A DNA stretch of 64,000 nt from an uncultured virus (IMG/VR IMGVR_UViG_3300031853_000028) (IMGVR_UViG_3300031853_000028), one strand, 5' to 3'; positions 21,169-32,812 are shown, counted from the stretch's first letter. Made by a program: numbers and translations. Notes: a model not told the origin generated them from the letters alone.

Positions 21169-22080
21169 TTGCGTATGAGATATTTTAATTTTGCTAATTA
21201 CTCTACGTTAAGTCTTATTGATAGTAGATTAAAGATTGGAAGTTTTGAAAAAAAAACAGAACTTAATTATAAACCTACAAGGGATGTTTTGCATGGAGAA
21301 TTTACTTCAAAAAGAATAAAGAATAATTATTATGCGATTAGAAATTCAAATGATATTTCATTAATAATCACATTGTTTAAAGAAGATAATTCAGAATTTT
21401 CTGATTCAGAGATAGATATTATATGTAAAAAATTAATGGGGGTAAAATGTCCTAACTATTTAAGTATACATGATAGAGATGATAATATATCATATGATGC
21501 AGAATATTTAGATAATATAAAGATTAAATATAATAATGAATTGCATGATATAATTATTCAAAAAATTGTAGATAATATTAATATGAGTAATTACTATGGT
21601 ATGTTTACTAATATAACATATAATGTAATAGGTTCAAAGATATATGGATTGACACTGACATTTAAACTTTCTGATAATTATAATTATTCAAATCAAATAG
21701 ATATAACTTTTGAAAATGAATTGGAATTAACAAGTTATATTGTTCCAGCAGAAAGTACGGATAATACACCGATATATCCAATTATAACTATATATCCAAA
21801 TTCATATGGAGATAATACATATGTTAAGTTAGTAAATAATACAGATAATAATTTGATTATGAAATTTAGAATTAGAAATTTAAATGCTATAACAATTGAT
21901 TGTAAAAATAAAAAATTAAATAATATTAATATTAATGATTTAATTTGGAATACAGATAATTTAAATGGAAAAATAAATTGGTTTAGATTATTAAATGGAA
22001 ATAATACAATAAGTATTGAAGGAAATGCTTCTGTTACATTTCTTTATAGAAATAAATATTTGAAAGGAGTTGTCATATAA
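21169..22080 (+). CDS. Distal tail (Dit)-like protein 1
   Basis: Position after TMP; IYPIITI..ITIDCKNK..NWFRLLNGNNTISIEG. Confidence 0.75.
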   Translation: MRMRYFNFANYSTLSLIDSRLKIGSFEKKTELNYKPTRDVLHGEFTSKRIKNNYYAIRNSNDISLIITLFKEDNSEFSDSEIDIICKKLMGVKCPNYLSIHDRDDNISYDAEYLDNIKIKYNNELHDIIIQKIVDNINMSNYYGMFTNITYNVIGSKIYGLTLTFKLSDNYNYSNQIDITFENELELTSYIVPAESTDNTPIYPIITIYPNSYGDNTYVKLVNNTDNNLIMKFRIRNLNAITIDCKNKKLNNININDLIWNTDNLNGKINWFRLLNGNNTISIEGNASVTFLYRNKYLKGVVI

Positions 22081-25000
22081 AATGGTTTTTAATGATAAAG
22101 AAGTTGATTTTTATTTATGTAAGCCTGATGTTGAACATACTAAATTGTGTGTAATAAACGGAATAGATGATTCTAGTTGTAGTTTATCAATTTCACCATT
22201 ATTAAACATAAGTACCTTAACATTTGATGTTATGAGATATATTGATGTTAATGGAGAAATGGAGTTAAGCAATGCTTATGATAACTTACTATTCGGTATG
22301 CAGATTGAAATACCTAATGTTGGTATATTTGTAATGGAAGAACCTACAATAATCAATGATGGATATTATGAATATAAATCCATTAGTGCGTTTTCATTAG
22401 AACATGAATTAGAAAATCGAGATTTAGTTAACTTTGTAATTAATAATGGAACTGAAATTAGTAAAGAATATTTAGCAACAAATAATATAGATGTTAATGG
22501 TTTTGCTAAAGAATACGTTACTTTTTATAATATAAATAATACAGAATTATCATTGTTGCATTTAATATTAGATGAAACAGAATGGACTATAGGTTATGTA
22601 AGTAACTCATTGAAAAATAAAAAGTTTTCATTTGAAGTAGATAGTGAATCTGTATATAGTTTTTTAACAAAGAGGTTATCGTCTACTGCAAAATGTGTAT
22701 TTTATTTTAATAGTATAGATAGGGTTATTAATGTTTATGATATTAATGAGTTAGGTGTGGACTCTAACTTAACGATTAGTTTTAGAAATTTATTAAAAAC
22801 AGTAAATGTAGAAGTAGATGAAAACTCTATATATACAAGATTTAATATTAGTGGTGGAAATGATTTAAATATAGCACCTGTTAATTTCGGAGAAACTAAG
22901 TATGCAAATATAGATTATTTTTTAAAAGAACCATATTTTTCAAATGAAACAGTATTAAAATATAATTCATGGAAAAACTATAGAGAAGATAGACGTGATG
23001 AATATATTAATATTATAAAACATTGTTATGATTTACAAGAAGAAATTATAAATTTAGAAACAAAGCTTCCTTCTGATTCAGTTGAAATGGATTGGAATGG
23101 ATTTACTAATGAAGAGTTAGAGGATTTTATAGAATATTACGAGGGATTATTAACTGCCATGCAAATATCAGTAGACAATAATCCTCAATATGATGAGAAT
23201 AATACATATGTAACATGGAAAAATATTAATAATGAAACGGATCATGAAAGTTATTTAACTGCTTTATATGATACAAATTATGGTTACTTCACATATTATG
23301 AAATCCTAAATTATATAATTCCTAATATAAATATTCAATTACAAATGAATAATAATCCTAATGATGATTCTTTAGAATATGACAAATCATTTGAAACTGA
23401 TTGGGAATTATATGGCACATATGAATTAAGTTCTAAGATTGAGAGTTACCAAGAACAATTAAATACTTGTGTTAATCATTTATGTTTTGCTGATTTAAAT
23501 AACGATAATACAGATGAATTATTAACATATTCACAGATAACAACTATTTTAAATTATAAAAATTCGTTAGTTTTTTCAAATGGTATTCCTGTAACATATG
23601 ATAATGCAACTAATGTTAGAATACAACGTGCATTATATGAACAATACTATAGAGATTATTTATTAGTTACATCAGCATTAGAGGGAAAACATTTTTCTCA
23701 AAGTAATTACACAGTATATTATAATAGATATACTGAAATACAAAATAATTTAAATAATGCAACTAATGAATATAACAAGAAAACAGGACAAATTGAATTG
23801 CTAAATGATGAATACGATATAGCAAATAATACAAGATTAGGAATTATATCAGATGTTGCTATGGATAATCCTAGATTTGGATTAACATCAACTGAAATAT
23901 CTAATATTAAATTATTATATTTAGACACAGATTATTCAAATGAAAATATTACTACTACTGAAACTCAAACAGAATCAGAAAAGGTTGATACTGCATATGA
24001 ATTATTTCAAGATGCAATTACTCAATTATATATTGAATCGCAACCACAATATAAATTTACAACTACATTAGATAATTTATTATCTATTCCAGAGTTTAAA
24101 GATTATATTAATAATTTTGATGTGGCAAATTTTATACATTTGTGTATACGAGATGATTATCAAGTTGTAATAAGAATAACAGAAATAAAATATAATCCAA
24201 AAGATTTATCTTCTGAAATATCTGTTAGTTATAGTACAATGCAAAATACATTAAATGGTAGAAATGATTTAGCTAGTTTATTTGATTCATCTCTAAGTTC
24301 AAGTAAAAACTCCATTAAGGTTGGAAGCACTGGTAATTCAACAACGGATATAAGTATTACAACAGATTTTATTAATGCAATTATTAAATCAAATTATTAT
24401 AAATCAAAGTTCGGAGAACAGTTAGGTACAACTCTCCCACTCAATGTTACCTTTGAAGAATTAAACGCAGAGGTCGCTAGAATAAATGATTTGATTGCAG
24501 GTCGAATAACAAGTGGTTATACTGATACGATTAATTTAAATACTGCTAATTGTACAATTGAAGATGCTTTAATTACTAATCTTGTTACATCTATTATTCA
24601 AGGTGGTACTGCTTTATTTAATGAGATTATAACTAATGATGTTCTCATACATAGTAAAGACGGAAGATTTAGAATAAGTGATAATACATTATTAGTTAAT
24701 GATTCCAATGGAAATCCTCGTATACAGATAGGTCAAGAAGAAGGTGCTGATGTATATAGCATTATTGTTTATGATAATAATGGAGTAGGAATGAAATTAA
24801 ATTCAGAAGGATTATCTGAAAGTTTTATTCAAGATGGTAGTATAAAAAATGATATGTTACAAGATAGTGGCAATGGATATAGTGGAATATCGGCAGGAAA
24901 ATTAAATTTAAATAGTATCATTAGTGTTATCAACGGAAATGATGAGAACAGTGGAGATACAATGTTCTCTGCAAGTAAAATCTATTTTGATGAAACTAAT

Positions 25001-28000
25001 CAAACATTATCGCAAGCATATTCTACAATAGCCGAAACTGTAGACTTTATGGGATTATATGTATCAATTAGTTCAAGTAATGGTACAATATTAAAACGAG
25101 ATGATGATACAACTACATTAACTGCCAAAGTATTTAAGAATGGTTCGGAAGTTAATAATTCAAATTATATTTATAGATGGCGAAGATATTTAAACAATGT
25201 ATTAGATATGTCATTTGGTGGTTCTGTAGATTATCAATCAACATCTAGTATAACTATTACAGGATTAAGTTTAGCCAATGCGTCTTATGTATATAGAATA
25301 ACAGTGTTGGATTCAGCAAATGGAAATAACATGATAGGACAAAGTGAAGTAACAGTTAGCAGAATTACAGATGGTACTGTATCAGCATCTATAAATATTG
25401 TTCCATCATCACAAGTATTTGTATCAACGGAAAACAATACTTATACTCCTGATACTATAACATTGACACCAATTATACAAAGTGTGCAGTTAAATAATTT
25501 AAAATGGAGTTATTGTGTTCAGGGTTCTACTACATGGACAGAGTTAACTAATACAACTACTTCATCTACATTACCATATTATAATAATTCAACAAAAGTT
25601 TTAACAATACCTAAAGACGTAAATGTATTATCTTCAAGTATTAATTCAGTATCTTTTAAATGTTATGATAATACTCAAAGTTGGATAAGCGATACAATTA
25701 CAATTACAAGATTAAAAAATGGTAAAGATGGACAAGGTATTAATATATATGATAGTTTTGATACAACACTTGAATTGTATAATGCACATCCAACAGGAAA
25801 TGTTGGAGATGGATATTTAGTAAATGGTGATTTATATGTATGGTCGAATTCAACTTCAACATGGAAAAATGTAGGAAGAATAAAAGGCGATAAAGGAGAT
25901 TCAACTTATGTTCATATTAAATATTCTAATGATGGTTTAACATTTACTTCAAATGACGGAGAAGTAGTTGGGGATTACATGGGAGTGTTGGTTGATTCTA
26001 ATGCTTCTGATTCAACTACATTTAGTGATTATAGTTGGAAAAAGATTGTAGGTAATGATTCATATTCAATTTTATTAACAAATGAATGTGCTACATTTTT
26101 AGGAACAACAAATGGTGGTTCGATTGATAGTGCTGAAACAAGTGTTATTGTTTTAAATGGAAATGAACAGATAAATGTTAGGATTGATTCAATTGGAGAT
26201 ACTAATGTAAATGGAACAAATACATTAAGTACAGGTTATACAGGTTTAACTGCTAAAGTTATTAATAATAATACCTTATCTCCTACTATTCAATTTAATA
26301 CAACTAATTCATTAAGAGATTTAAGTGGTTCAATTCCAATTGTTATGACTGCTAATAATAAAACATTTACAAAGTATTTTTCTTTTAGTGTTGCGTTGCA
26401 AGGTATTCAGGGAGAAGATGCTAAGGTTATTAGAATTAGTGGTTCTTCACAAGTATTTATTTCAGAAGATGGAGAAACATATTCACCTGAAACTATTGCT
26501 CTTACACCTTCTACTAATAATATATTATTATCTGATTTAGAATGGCATTACAGTAATGATGGTGGTGTTAGTTGGAATAAGATATATAATACAAGTTTGT
26601 CAACTATAGAATGTTATTATAACAACAATAGTAAAGTTTTAACTATACCTAAAAATGCTTTGATTTTTAATAGTACAAGTTCATTATCGTTCAGATGTCG
26701 CTCTATGGAATATAACGAAGTGCATGATATAATAACAATTATTAAAGTTAAGAATGGTAAAGATGGATTAAGTATTAATATATTAGGAAGTTATAATACA
26801 TTAAATGAATTAATTGCAGAACATCCAAATGGAAATCAAAATGATAGTTATGTTGTTAATTCACATCTTTATATATGGGTAGAACAAACAAGTAGTTGGG
26901 TTGACATGGGGCAATTCAAAGGTAATGATGGTGTATCAAGTTACATGCATATTAAATATTCAAATGATGGCATATCGTTTACTGCTAATAATGGAGATAC
27001 TGTTGGTAACTATGTTGGTATGTTTGTAAGCACATCTTCTACTCCATCTAATTCATTTAATGATTATACATGGAAGAAGTATGTTGGTACAGATGGCGAA
27101 GATTCATACAGTGCTATATTATCAAATGAAAGTGATATGTTTAGTGGTGGAATTAACTATGCAAATGCTGAAAGTAAATCTACAAACATTAATGTATATA
27201 AAGGTTCAACAAAGATTGCTACCACAATAACTAAAATTGGAACAGTTACAGTTAGTGGTAATAATTCAAATGTTGCAACAGGATATACTGGATTAACTGC
27301 AAATATTAGTAACAATGCAACAACAGAGCCAACAATAACATTTAATTCAACTAACTTACTTACTACTCCAAGTGGTTCAGTTAAGATTACATTTACTGCT
27401 GATGGAAAAACTTTTACAAAGTATTTCTCATTTGCAATAGCCTTTGTTGGTGCTAGTGGAAATAATGGTATCACTGCTTTCCTTTCAAATGATTCACATA
27501 CTGTACCTACAGATGTTAACGGAGCAAATGGAGTTTATACTGGTGCTACTACTACAATGTATATTTATGATGCAGGTACGGATATATCTTCTCAATGGAC
27601 TTATTCGATAAGTACAACAAGTATATCTGGAACATCATCAAATAACAATAGAACATTTACAGTAAATGGAATGACTGCTGATGTTGGATATGTAGATATA
27701 ACTGCAAGTAAAAGTGGTTATACTTCTATTACTAAACGATTCACTCTGACACGAGCAAAACAAGGATTGCAAGGAGATGGTGGTCAGATACTTCATTCTT
27801 ATTGGATTGAACCTAGTGCAAGAATAATAATTAGAAACGTTGATACAAAAAATTGCACACCACAAACTATTACATTTAATGGTTGTACAGCTACTCCACA
27901 GATTAATAAAACATCTTATTCAGGTATATTTAAAATATATGTATCTACTAATGAAATTATAGATGGTGATATTAATTACAATTTGTATTACACTTCGTCT

Positions 28001-31000
28001 AATGCTGAAAGTTCTACAAATTATGCACCAAGTAATAATGTTACAAGTATTAAATGCGAATTGTATAATCCAAATGATTTAACTAATCCATTAGATACGC
28101 AAGAAGTATTTATATTGTATTCAACAGTTTCAATTGTTTCTAAGACAACATCTATGAGAACAGATATTAATAATAATTCATCTTCTATTAGTGAGTTACA
28201 ATCTAAAGTTAATTTTACTAATAATAATGGTGTATTAGTTGGAATGGAAAGTTTTTATAATTCTTTTCTTTCTTTAGCCGAATCTGTGCAAAGAGAAATG
28301 ATTGCAACAAGAACAATATTAAATGGAGATTCAACTTATAATTTATTCTTAGATAGTAACTTTTCGTTTTATCCTTTGGAATGGGAAACTACTGGAAACA
28401 ATTTACGAAGTTTCAGTATACATCCAACAGAAAAATTTAAAAGAACTTCTTCATCACCAGAGAACAGAGTTATTTATGTTAGTGGTGGAAATGCAATTGC
28501 AGAAAAATTTGTATACAATGTTGCTCCTAGTACAACATATTATTTTAAAGTATATTATAAAGTTACAAGTGGTAATGTTAATATTAAACTAACTAATTAT
28601 AAAACTTCAACTGTTGATGGAAGTATGATTAGTGAAAGCACTACAACATCTATTACAGGAACTAATTCCTCATGGACATTACTTGAAAGAACTATCACAA
28701 CTTCAAGTACAACAAGTGCTATTCAAGTACAATTTAATTATACAGGAAGTGGAAGTTGTTATATAAGTTGTCCTAAGTTATCATCATTTAATTCAATATA
28801 TGACGAATCAACTGATATAGTTGGTATGGAAATATCTTCTGTTGCAAGTAAAGCAATGCAAACTGCTAATGGTTTTGAATGGTTAGTTAATAGTGGTAAC
28901 AATGTAAATTCATTATCAATTACTGATGATGGAATAACTGCTATAGTTAATAAGATTAATTCAGAAGCCAATCAGATTAAGATAAATGCTGATAAGGTGG
29001 ATATAAATGGTTTAGTTACATACAGTAATATAAATAGTGTTCTTGATTATGCAGATAAAAATATAGTTATTCATAGCAAGATACCAACATTAGTTAGTTA
29101 TACAACTAATAGTAATAATGTACCATATTCATATTTTTATTTAAGTGAAAATATGAAAGCAAATGAAACGTATATCATAACATTACAATGTTCTAATTCA
29201 AATGGTGCTTATTACACTCCTGCAAATGGAATCAGATTTAATTTTAATTATACAACTTCTACTACAAACACACCTACATTAAGTTTTAGTAATACAGTTA
29301 TTAAAGATGGTTATGAAGATGGTTTGTATCAGATATGTGTAACACCAACTGTTGAATGTACAGGTTATTTTTATATTACAACTGGCATATCAAGTGGAAT
29401 TAACATGATAGTTGATTGGATTAAAATTGAAAAAGGTAATATATCGTCTTTAAATTGGTATGCTTCTCAATATGATATAGATGAACAAGATGGTGTAAAT
29501 CGTTTTTGTGTTAATGATGTGTTTAGTTCTGATGTATGGTCGCATGAAAGTAGTTATGATACATTAATTATTAATTGTAATAATTCATCATATATATCAT
29601 CATACAATTATTATCCTATAAATGTATGTTGTAATGATATTATATGGGATATATCTACGGACTATGAGTTTTATACAATTAGTGGATATATTAAAATTAA
29701 TGATGCCATATCTCCTACATGTCCAATATTAAATTCAAATGGTGATATTGGTTCGATTATTCAAACAGGTAATACATCATTATATTCTAATTATGATTCT
29801 GCTACAGGTTATTACGTTGAAATAATTAAACATAATCCTGTTTCATATTCAACGATAAGATTATCTACTACTCATTATGAAGTACAGTGTTATGTAGATA
29901 CTAATAATCATAACGGAACGAAGGTTTCATTTGAAAAGTTTAAAATAGAACGAGGTGTAATGCCTACTGCATGGAATTATTCACCTTCTGATGTTGCAGG
30001 TTCGGATATATATTTATATGGAACAACTATTATTGATGGTGGTAAAATTGATACAGATAGTTTATTTGCTAGAAATATTAACTTTACAGGAACAATTATT
30101 GGTGGTTCTAGTGGTAATGGTGGAATTATTAAAAGTTATAATTCTGAATATACTAAACTTGTAGAAAGTAGGTATAATCAGAGTGCAGACGTTACTTATA
30201 ATGCAATTCATTATAATACAAGAAAAGGAATGATTGTTGATTTAGTTAATGGATGTTTTTCATCTCCATATTTTTCGATTGATTCAGATGGTAAAACTAC
30301 ATTTGGTGGACAAATTAATTTTGATTATTATGAACATCTATTAGATTCAACATATTATCCAAATGGAATTTGGGAGCCAGAAAGTAAATTTATATCATGG
30401 GGTGCTTTAGAATCTCCTGATAACGGAGTAACCATTAATAGATTTGATGGGGCATATATATCTGTGTTTCAATCTTTTCCATATAATATGCTTGAAGGTA
30501 GATCTTCTAATACATCAGATGGTATGAACTTAACAACTACTATAGCTTCAGGTGAATTGTTATTGTCAGCAGGAATTAATTATTATCAGCCATCTAGTGG
30601 TGATGATATGATTGGTAGAGGAAATTTAGTTTTACACGAAGATTCAGCAAGATTTTATAGAACACCTTCTGAAAAAGAAACTAATACAGGTCATGTATAT
30701 AATAATTATATGACTGTTTCTACTGACGGAGATTTTATTGCCAATAGATATGTTGAAACAACACAAGGCATAAGAAGTCATGGCGAATCTCGTTTTGATA
30801 CTTCGTATGCAGGTGGAAGTAATTATAGTGATCCATTACCTAATGTTGTTTGTGCAATTAAGACAACAGGAAATATTGCATCAACAGGAAAAGTATATTC
30901 TAATGGAGTTCCTTGTGTAACAAGTTTGGGTATTATACAGATTAATAATGATGCAAATGCTAATTTAAAATTAATCTTTGACAATGGACTAGTTGGTTCA

Positions 31001-31330
31001 ATCCATTACGGTGATGTTTCGAGTGATATTAAGTTAAAAAAGAATATTAAAGATACATCTGTTAGTGCAACAGATACTCTAAATAAAATTGAATTAAAAT
31101 CTTTTGATTGGAAAAATAGAGATGAGCATGTTGATGTAGGATTTATTGCAAATCAATTAGAAACAGTTATACCTCGTGTGGTTTATGAAGTTGAACAACA
31201 AGATGGTTCTACAATAAAAAATATTAATCATTTTGGATTAATTCCTTATCTTGTAAAAGCAATTCAAGAACAGAATGAGGAAATAACTAAATTAAGAAAT
31301 GATTTAAATAAGTTAAGAAAGGATAGTTGA
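22070..31330 (+). CDS. Giant tail-tip/host-specificity protein (Tal-like N-terminus, duplicated modules, C-terminal S74 chaperone)
   Basis: 3086 aa; HIKYSNDG modules with short collagen triplets; SSDIKLKKNIKD...VGFIANQL...LIPYLVKAIQE. Confidence 0.88.
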   Translation: MSYKMVFNDKEVDFYLCKPDVEHTKLCVINGIDDSSCSLSISPLLNISTLTFDVMRYIDVNGEMELSNAYDNLLFGMQIEIPNVGIFVMEEPTIINDGYYEYKSISAFSLEHELENRDLVNFVINNGTEISKEYLATNNIDVNGFAKEYVTFYNINNTELSLLHLILDETEWTIGYVSNSLKNKKFSFEVDSESVYSFLTKRLSSTAKCVFYFNSIDRVINVYDINELGVDSNLTISFRNLLKTVNVEVDENSIYTRFNISGGNDLNIAPVNFGETKYANIDYFLKEPYFSNETVLKYNSWKNYREDRRDEYINIIKHCYDLQEEIINLETKLPSDSVEMDWNGFTNEELEDFIEYYEGLLTAMQISVDNNPQYDENNTYVTWKNINNETDHESYLTALYDTNYGYFTYYEILNYIIPNINIQLQMNNNPNDDSLEYDKSFETDWELYGTYELSSKIESYQEQLNTCVNHLCFADLNNDNTDELLTYSQITTILNYKNSLVFSNGIPVTYDNATNVRIQRALYEQYYRDYLLVTSALEGKHFSQSNYTVYYNRYTEIQNNLNNATNEYNKKTGQIELLNDEYDIANNTRLGIISDVAMDNPRFGLTSTEISNIKLLYLDTDYSNENITTTETQTESEKVDTAYELFQDAITQLYIESQPQYKFTTTLDNLLSIPEFKDYINNFDVANFIHLCIRDDYQVVIRITEIKYNPKDLSSEISVSYSTMQNTLNGRNDLASLFDSSLSSSKNSIKVGSTGNSTTDISITTDFINAIIKSNYYKSKFGEQLGTTLPLNVTFEELNAEVARINDLIAGRITSGYTDTINLNTANCTIEDALITNLVTSIIQGGTALFNEIITNDVLIHSKDGRFRISDNTLLVNDSNGNPRIQIGQEEGADVYSIIVYDNNGVGMKLNSEGLSESFIQDGSIKNDMLQDSGNGYSGISAGKLNLNSIISVINGNDENSGDTMFSASKIYFDETNQTLSQAYSTIAETVDFMGLYVSISSSNGTILKRDDDTTTLTAKVFKNGSEVNNSNYIYRWRRYLNNVLDMSFGGSVDYQSTSSITITGLSLANASYVYRITVLDSANGNNMIGQSEVTVSRITDGTVSASINIVPSSQVFVSTENNTYTPDTITLTPIIQSVQLNNLKWSYCVQGSTTWTELTNTTTSSTLPYYNNSTKVLTIPKDVNVLSSSINSVSFKCYDNTQSWISDTITITRLKNGKDGQGINIYDSFDTTLELYNAHPTGNVGDGYLVNGDLYVWSNSTSTWKNVGRIKGDKGDSTYVHIKYSNDGLTFTSNDGEVVGDYMGVLVDSNASDSTTFSDYSWKKIVGNDSYSILLTNECATFLGTTNGGSIDSAETSVIVLNGNEQINVRIDSIGDTNVNGTNTLSTGYTGLTAKVINNNTLSPTIQFNTTNSLRDLSGSIPIVMTANNKTFTKYFSFSVALQGIQGEDAKVIRISGSSQVFISEDGETYSPETIALTPSTNNILLSDLEWHYSNDGGVSWNKIYNTSLSTIECYYNNNSKVLTIPKNALIFNSTSSLSFRCRSMEYNEVHDIITIIKVKNGKDGLSINILGSYNTLNELIAEHPNGNQNDSYVVNSHLYIWVEQTSSWVDMGQFKGNDGVSSYMHIKYSNDGISFTANNGDTVGNYVGMFVSTSSTPSNSFNDYTWKKYVGTDGEDSYSAILSNESDMFSGGINYANAESKSTNINVYKGSTKIATTITKIGTVTVSGNNSNVATGYTGLTANISNNATTEPTITFNSTNLLTTPSGSVKITFTADGKTFTKYFSFAIAFVGASGNNGITAFLSNDSHTVPTDVNGANGVYTGATTTMYIYDAGTDISSQWTYSISTTSISGTSSNNNRTFTVNGMTADVGYVDITASKSGYTSITKRFTLTRAKQGLQGDGGQILHSYWIEPSARIIIRNVDTKNCTPQTITFNGCTATPQINKTSYSGIFKIYVSTNEIIDGDINYNLYYTSSNAESSTNYAPSNNVTSIKCELYNPNDLTNPLDTQEVFILYSTVSIVSKTTSMRTDINNNSSSISELQSKVNFTNNNGVLVGMESFYNSFLSLAESVQREMIATRTILNGDSTYNLFLDSNFSFYPLEWETTGNNLRSFSIHPTEKFKRTSSSPENRVIYVSGGNAIAEKFVYNVAPSTTYYFKVYYKVTSGNVNIKLTNYKTSTVDGSMISESTTTSITGTNSSWTLLERTITTSSTTSAIQVQFNYTGSGSCYISCPKLSSFNSIYDESTDIVGMEISSVASKAMQTANGFEWLVNSGNNVNSLSITDDGITAIVNKINSEANQIKINADKVDINGLVTYSNINSVLDYADKNIVIHSKIPTLVSYTTNSNNVPYSYFYLSENMKANETYIITLQCSNSNGAYYTPANGIRFNFNYTTSTTNTPTLSFSNTVIKDGYEDGLYQICVTPTVECTGYFYITTGISSGINMIVDWIKIEKGNISSLNWYASQYDIDEQDGVNRFCVNDVFSSDVWSHESSYDTLIINCNNSSYISSYNYYPINVCCNDIIWDISTDYEFYTISGYIKINDAISPTCPILNSNGDIGSIIQTGNTSLYSNYDSATGYYVEIIKHNPVSYSTIRLSTTHYEVQCYVDTNNHNGTKVSFEKFKIERGVMPTAWNYSPSDVAGSDIYLYGTTIIDGGKIDTDSLFARNINFTGTIIGGSSGNGGIIKSYNSEYTKLVESRYNQSADVTYNAIHYNTRKGMIVDLVNGCFSSPYFSIDSDGKTTFGGQINFDYYEHLLDSTYYPNGIWEPESKFISWGALESPDNGVTINRFDGAYISVFQSFPYNMLEGRSSNTSDGMNLTTTIASGELLLSAGINYYQPSSGDDMIGRGNLVLHEDSARFYRTPSEKETNTGHVYNNYMTVSTDGDFIANRYVETTQGIRSHGESRFDTSYAGGSNYSDPLPNVVCAIKTTGNIASTGKVYSNGVPCVTSLGIIQINNDANANLKLIFDNGLVGSIHYGDVSSDIKLKKNIKDTSVSATDTLNKIELKSFDWKNRDEHVDVGFIANQLETVIPRVVYEVEQQDGSTIKNINHFGLIPYLVKAIQEQNEEITKLRNDLNKLRKDS

Positions 31331-31331
31331 T

Positions 31332-31508
31332 ATGGAACAAAAGGAAATGTCGCAAGGCGAATATATAATAAGTGAGTTATCAAAAGAATTGGCTTTATTA
31401 AAACAGGAACTATACGCAACAAGATATGTGGTTGCAAGGCAAGAGTCTGAATTAAAGGTATTAAAAGAAAAGGTATTAAAAGAAGATGTAACACAATTAA
31501 ATAAATAA
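31332..31508 (+). CDS. 58-aa coiled-coil protein missed by the ORF track
   Basis: SD AAGGA, ATG 31332, MEQKEMSQGEYIISELSKELALLKQEL...QLNK*, fills the intergenic gap. Confidence 0.7.
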   Translation: MEQKEMSQGEYIISELSKELALLKQELYATRYVVARQESELKVLKEKVLKEDVTQLNK

Positions 31509-31513
31509 TAATT

Positions 31514-31550
31514 ATAGTTGGTTAGGATAAGTATTGTCCTAACCAACTAT
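31514..31550. repeat. Intergenic 14-bp perfect inverted repeat
   Basis: ATAGTTGGTTAGGA ... TCCTAACCAACTAT. Confidence 0.8.
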
Positions 31551-31568
31551 TATAATGTGGTGATTAAT

Positions 31569-32381
31569 ATGATTGTTAATTCAATTCAATTTAATAATAT
31601 TAGTTTATCAAGTGTATTATCTGATTCATTAATGTTATGTAATTTTGATAATATAAATGAATATACAGATATTGATATTGGAATAACTGCAACAGATAAA
31701 GGGTTATTTCAAGGATTTAATTATAATGATGCCAAGTCATTTACATTTACATTAATTAAAAAAGATGGTTCGGCTATTAGTGATTATGAACAATTATCTA
31801 TAACCAATTGGTTGTTCGTAAATGATATAAAAGAGTTAAGATTATATGATGATAATTCTAATTATGTTATGTTATCAGGTGCTTTTACAGAAGTTATATA
31901 TAGAGCAAATGATGATAATATTATAGGATTAACATTTACATTTGTTAGTGACAGTGCATATGTTATGGTTCATGAAACAAGTGAAAGTTATATCATTAAT
32001 GGTGTGCAAACAATGATTGAAATAAATGTTAATGCTTGTGATAATCAAGAAATATATCCAATATTAACTATAACTCCATCAGTTGTTAACGAAGTTATAT
32101 CTATTGAATGTGTGGATTATTCTAATGATAAGTACAATACATTTAAAATTAAATGTCCGTTTATTGGAACAAACATAATAGTTGATAATCGTAAGCAATT
32201 AGTTTATGCTGATACAAATAATGATTCAATTAAATCATTAGTAACTTATAATAACTTAGGTTGGAATGGAAATATATATTGGTTGAAATTACATGATGGA
32301 ATAAACAAATATAATGTGTTAGGAAACTGTACATTGAGTTTTTCTTGGGATAATATAAAGTTTATTCCATTGATTGTTTAA
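31569..32381 (+). CDS. Distal tail (Dit)-like protein 2
   Basis: FTFTLIK..ITNWLF..IIGLTFTF..IYPILTI..WLKLHDGIN; likely start ATG 31569. Confidence 0.75.
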   Translation: MIVNSIQFNNISLSSVLSDSLMLCNFDNINEYTDIDIGITATDKGLFQGFNYNDAKSFTFTLIKKDGSAISDYEQLSITNWLFVNDIKELRLYDDNSNYVMLSGAFTEVIYRANDDNIIGLTFTFVSDSAYVMVHETSESYIINGVQTMIEINVNACDNQEIYPILTITPSVVNEVISIECVDYSNDKYNTFKIKCPFIGTNIIVDNRKQLVYADTNNDSIKSLVTYNNLGWNGNIYWLKLHDGINKYNVLGNCTLSFSWDNIKFIPLIV

Positions 32382-32403
32382 TTCGAAAGATTGGTGAGTA
32401 TTA

Positions 32404-32796
32404 ATGCATAAGGAAAATATAATGGATTCGCAATATTTTTTAGCATTATCAAGACAGATTGTAATGCATTATGTAAATTTAAATTTTATAACATATTTAA
32501 ATTTTATTAAAAGTGTAGATGATGTTAAAATAATTGATTATTCAAGCACAAGAAAGGGATTTAGAGCATTGTTAGAAATACCAATTCTTCCAGATAACAG
32601 AATGTATGAGGTTGAATATGATGAATGTACAAAGAAAATATCATTTCATTCATATGTAGTGGAACATGAAGGAGAGTTTAGTATGGGATATGCTTCTAAT
32701 CATTTATATTTTAAAAAGAATGTTTTAAAGAACGACTTGGCTTTTATAAATTATGAAGAATCATATATGAATAAATATAATTTAAATATATCATGA
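32404..32796 (+). CDS. Divergent DUF6275-like protein
   Basis: Aligns by eye with 40129-40404 (FRALLEIPILPDNRMYEVEY vs WKALVSTTLPDGMYYELTL). Confidence 0.55.
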   Translation: MHKENIMDSQYFLALSRQIVMHYVNLNFITYLNFIKSVDDVKIIDYSSTRKGFRALLEIPILPDNRMYEVEYDECTKKISFHSYVVEHEGEFSMGYASNHLYFKKNVLKNDLAFINYEESYMNKYNLNIS

Positions 32797-32812
32797 AAAG
32801 AGGTGGATATAA

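Noticed and set aside
31313..31546. Minus-strand ORF starting MVRTILILTNYNY that mirrors the + ORF start MVRISIVLTNYY
   Set aside because: An artefact of the 31514-31550 inverted repeat; the real genes are 31332-31508 and 31569-32381
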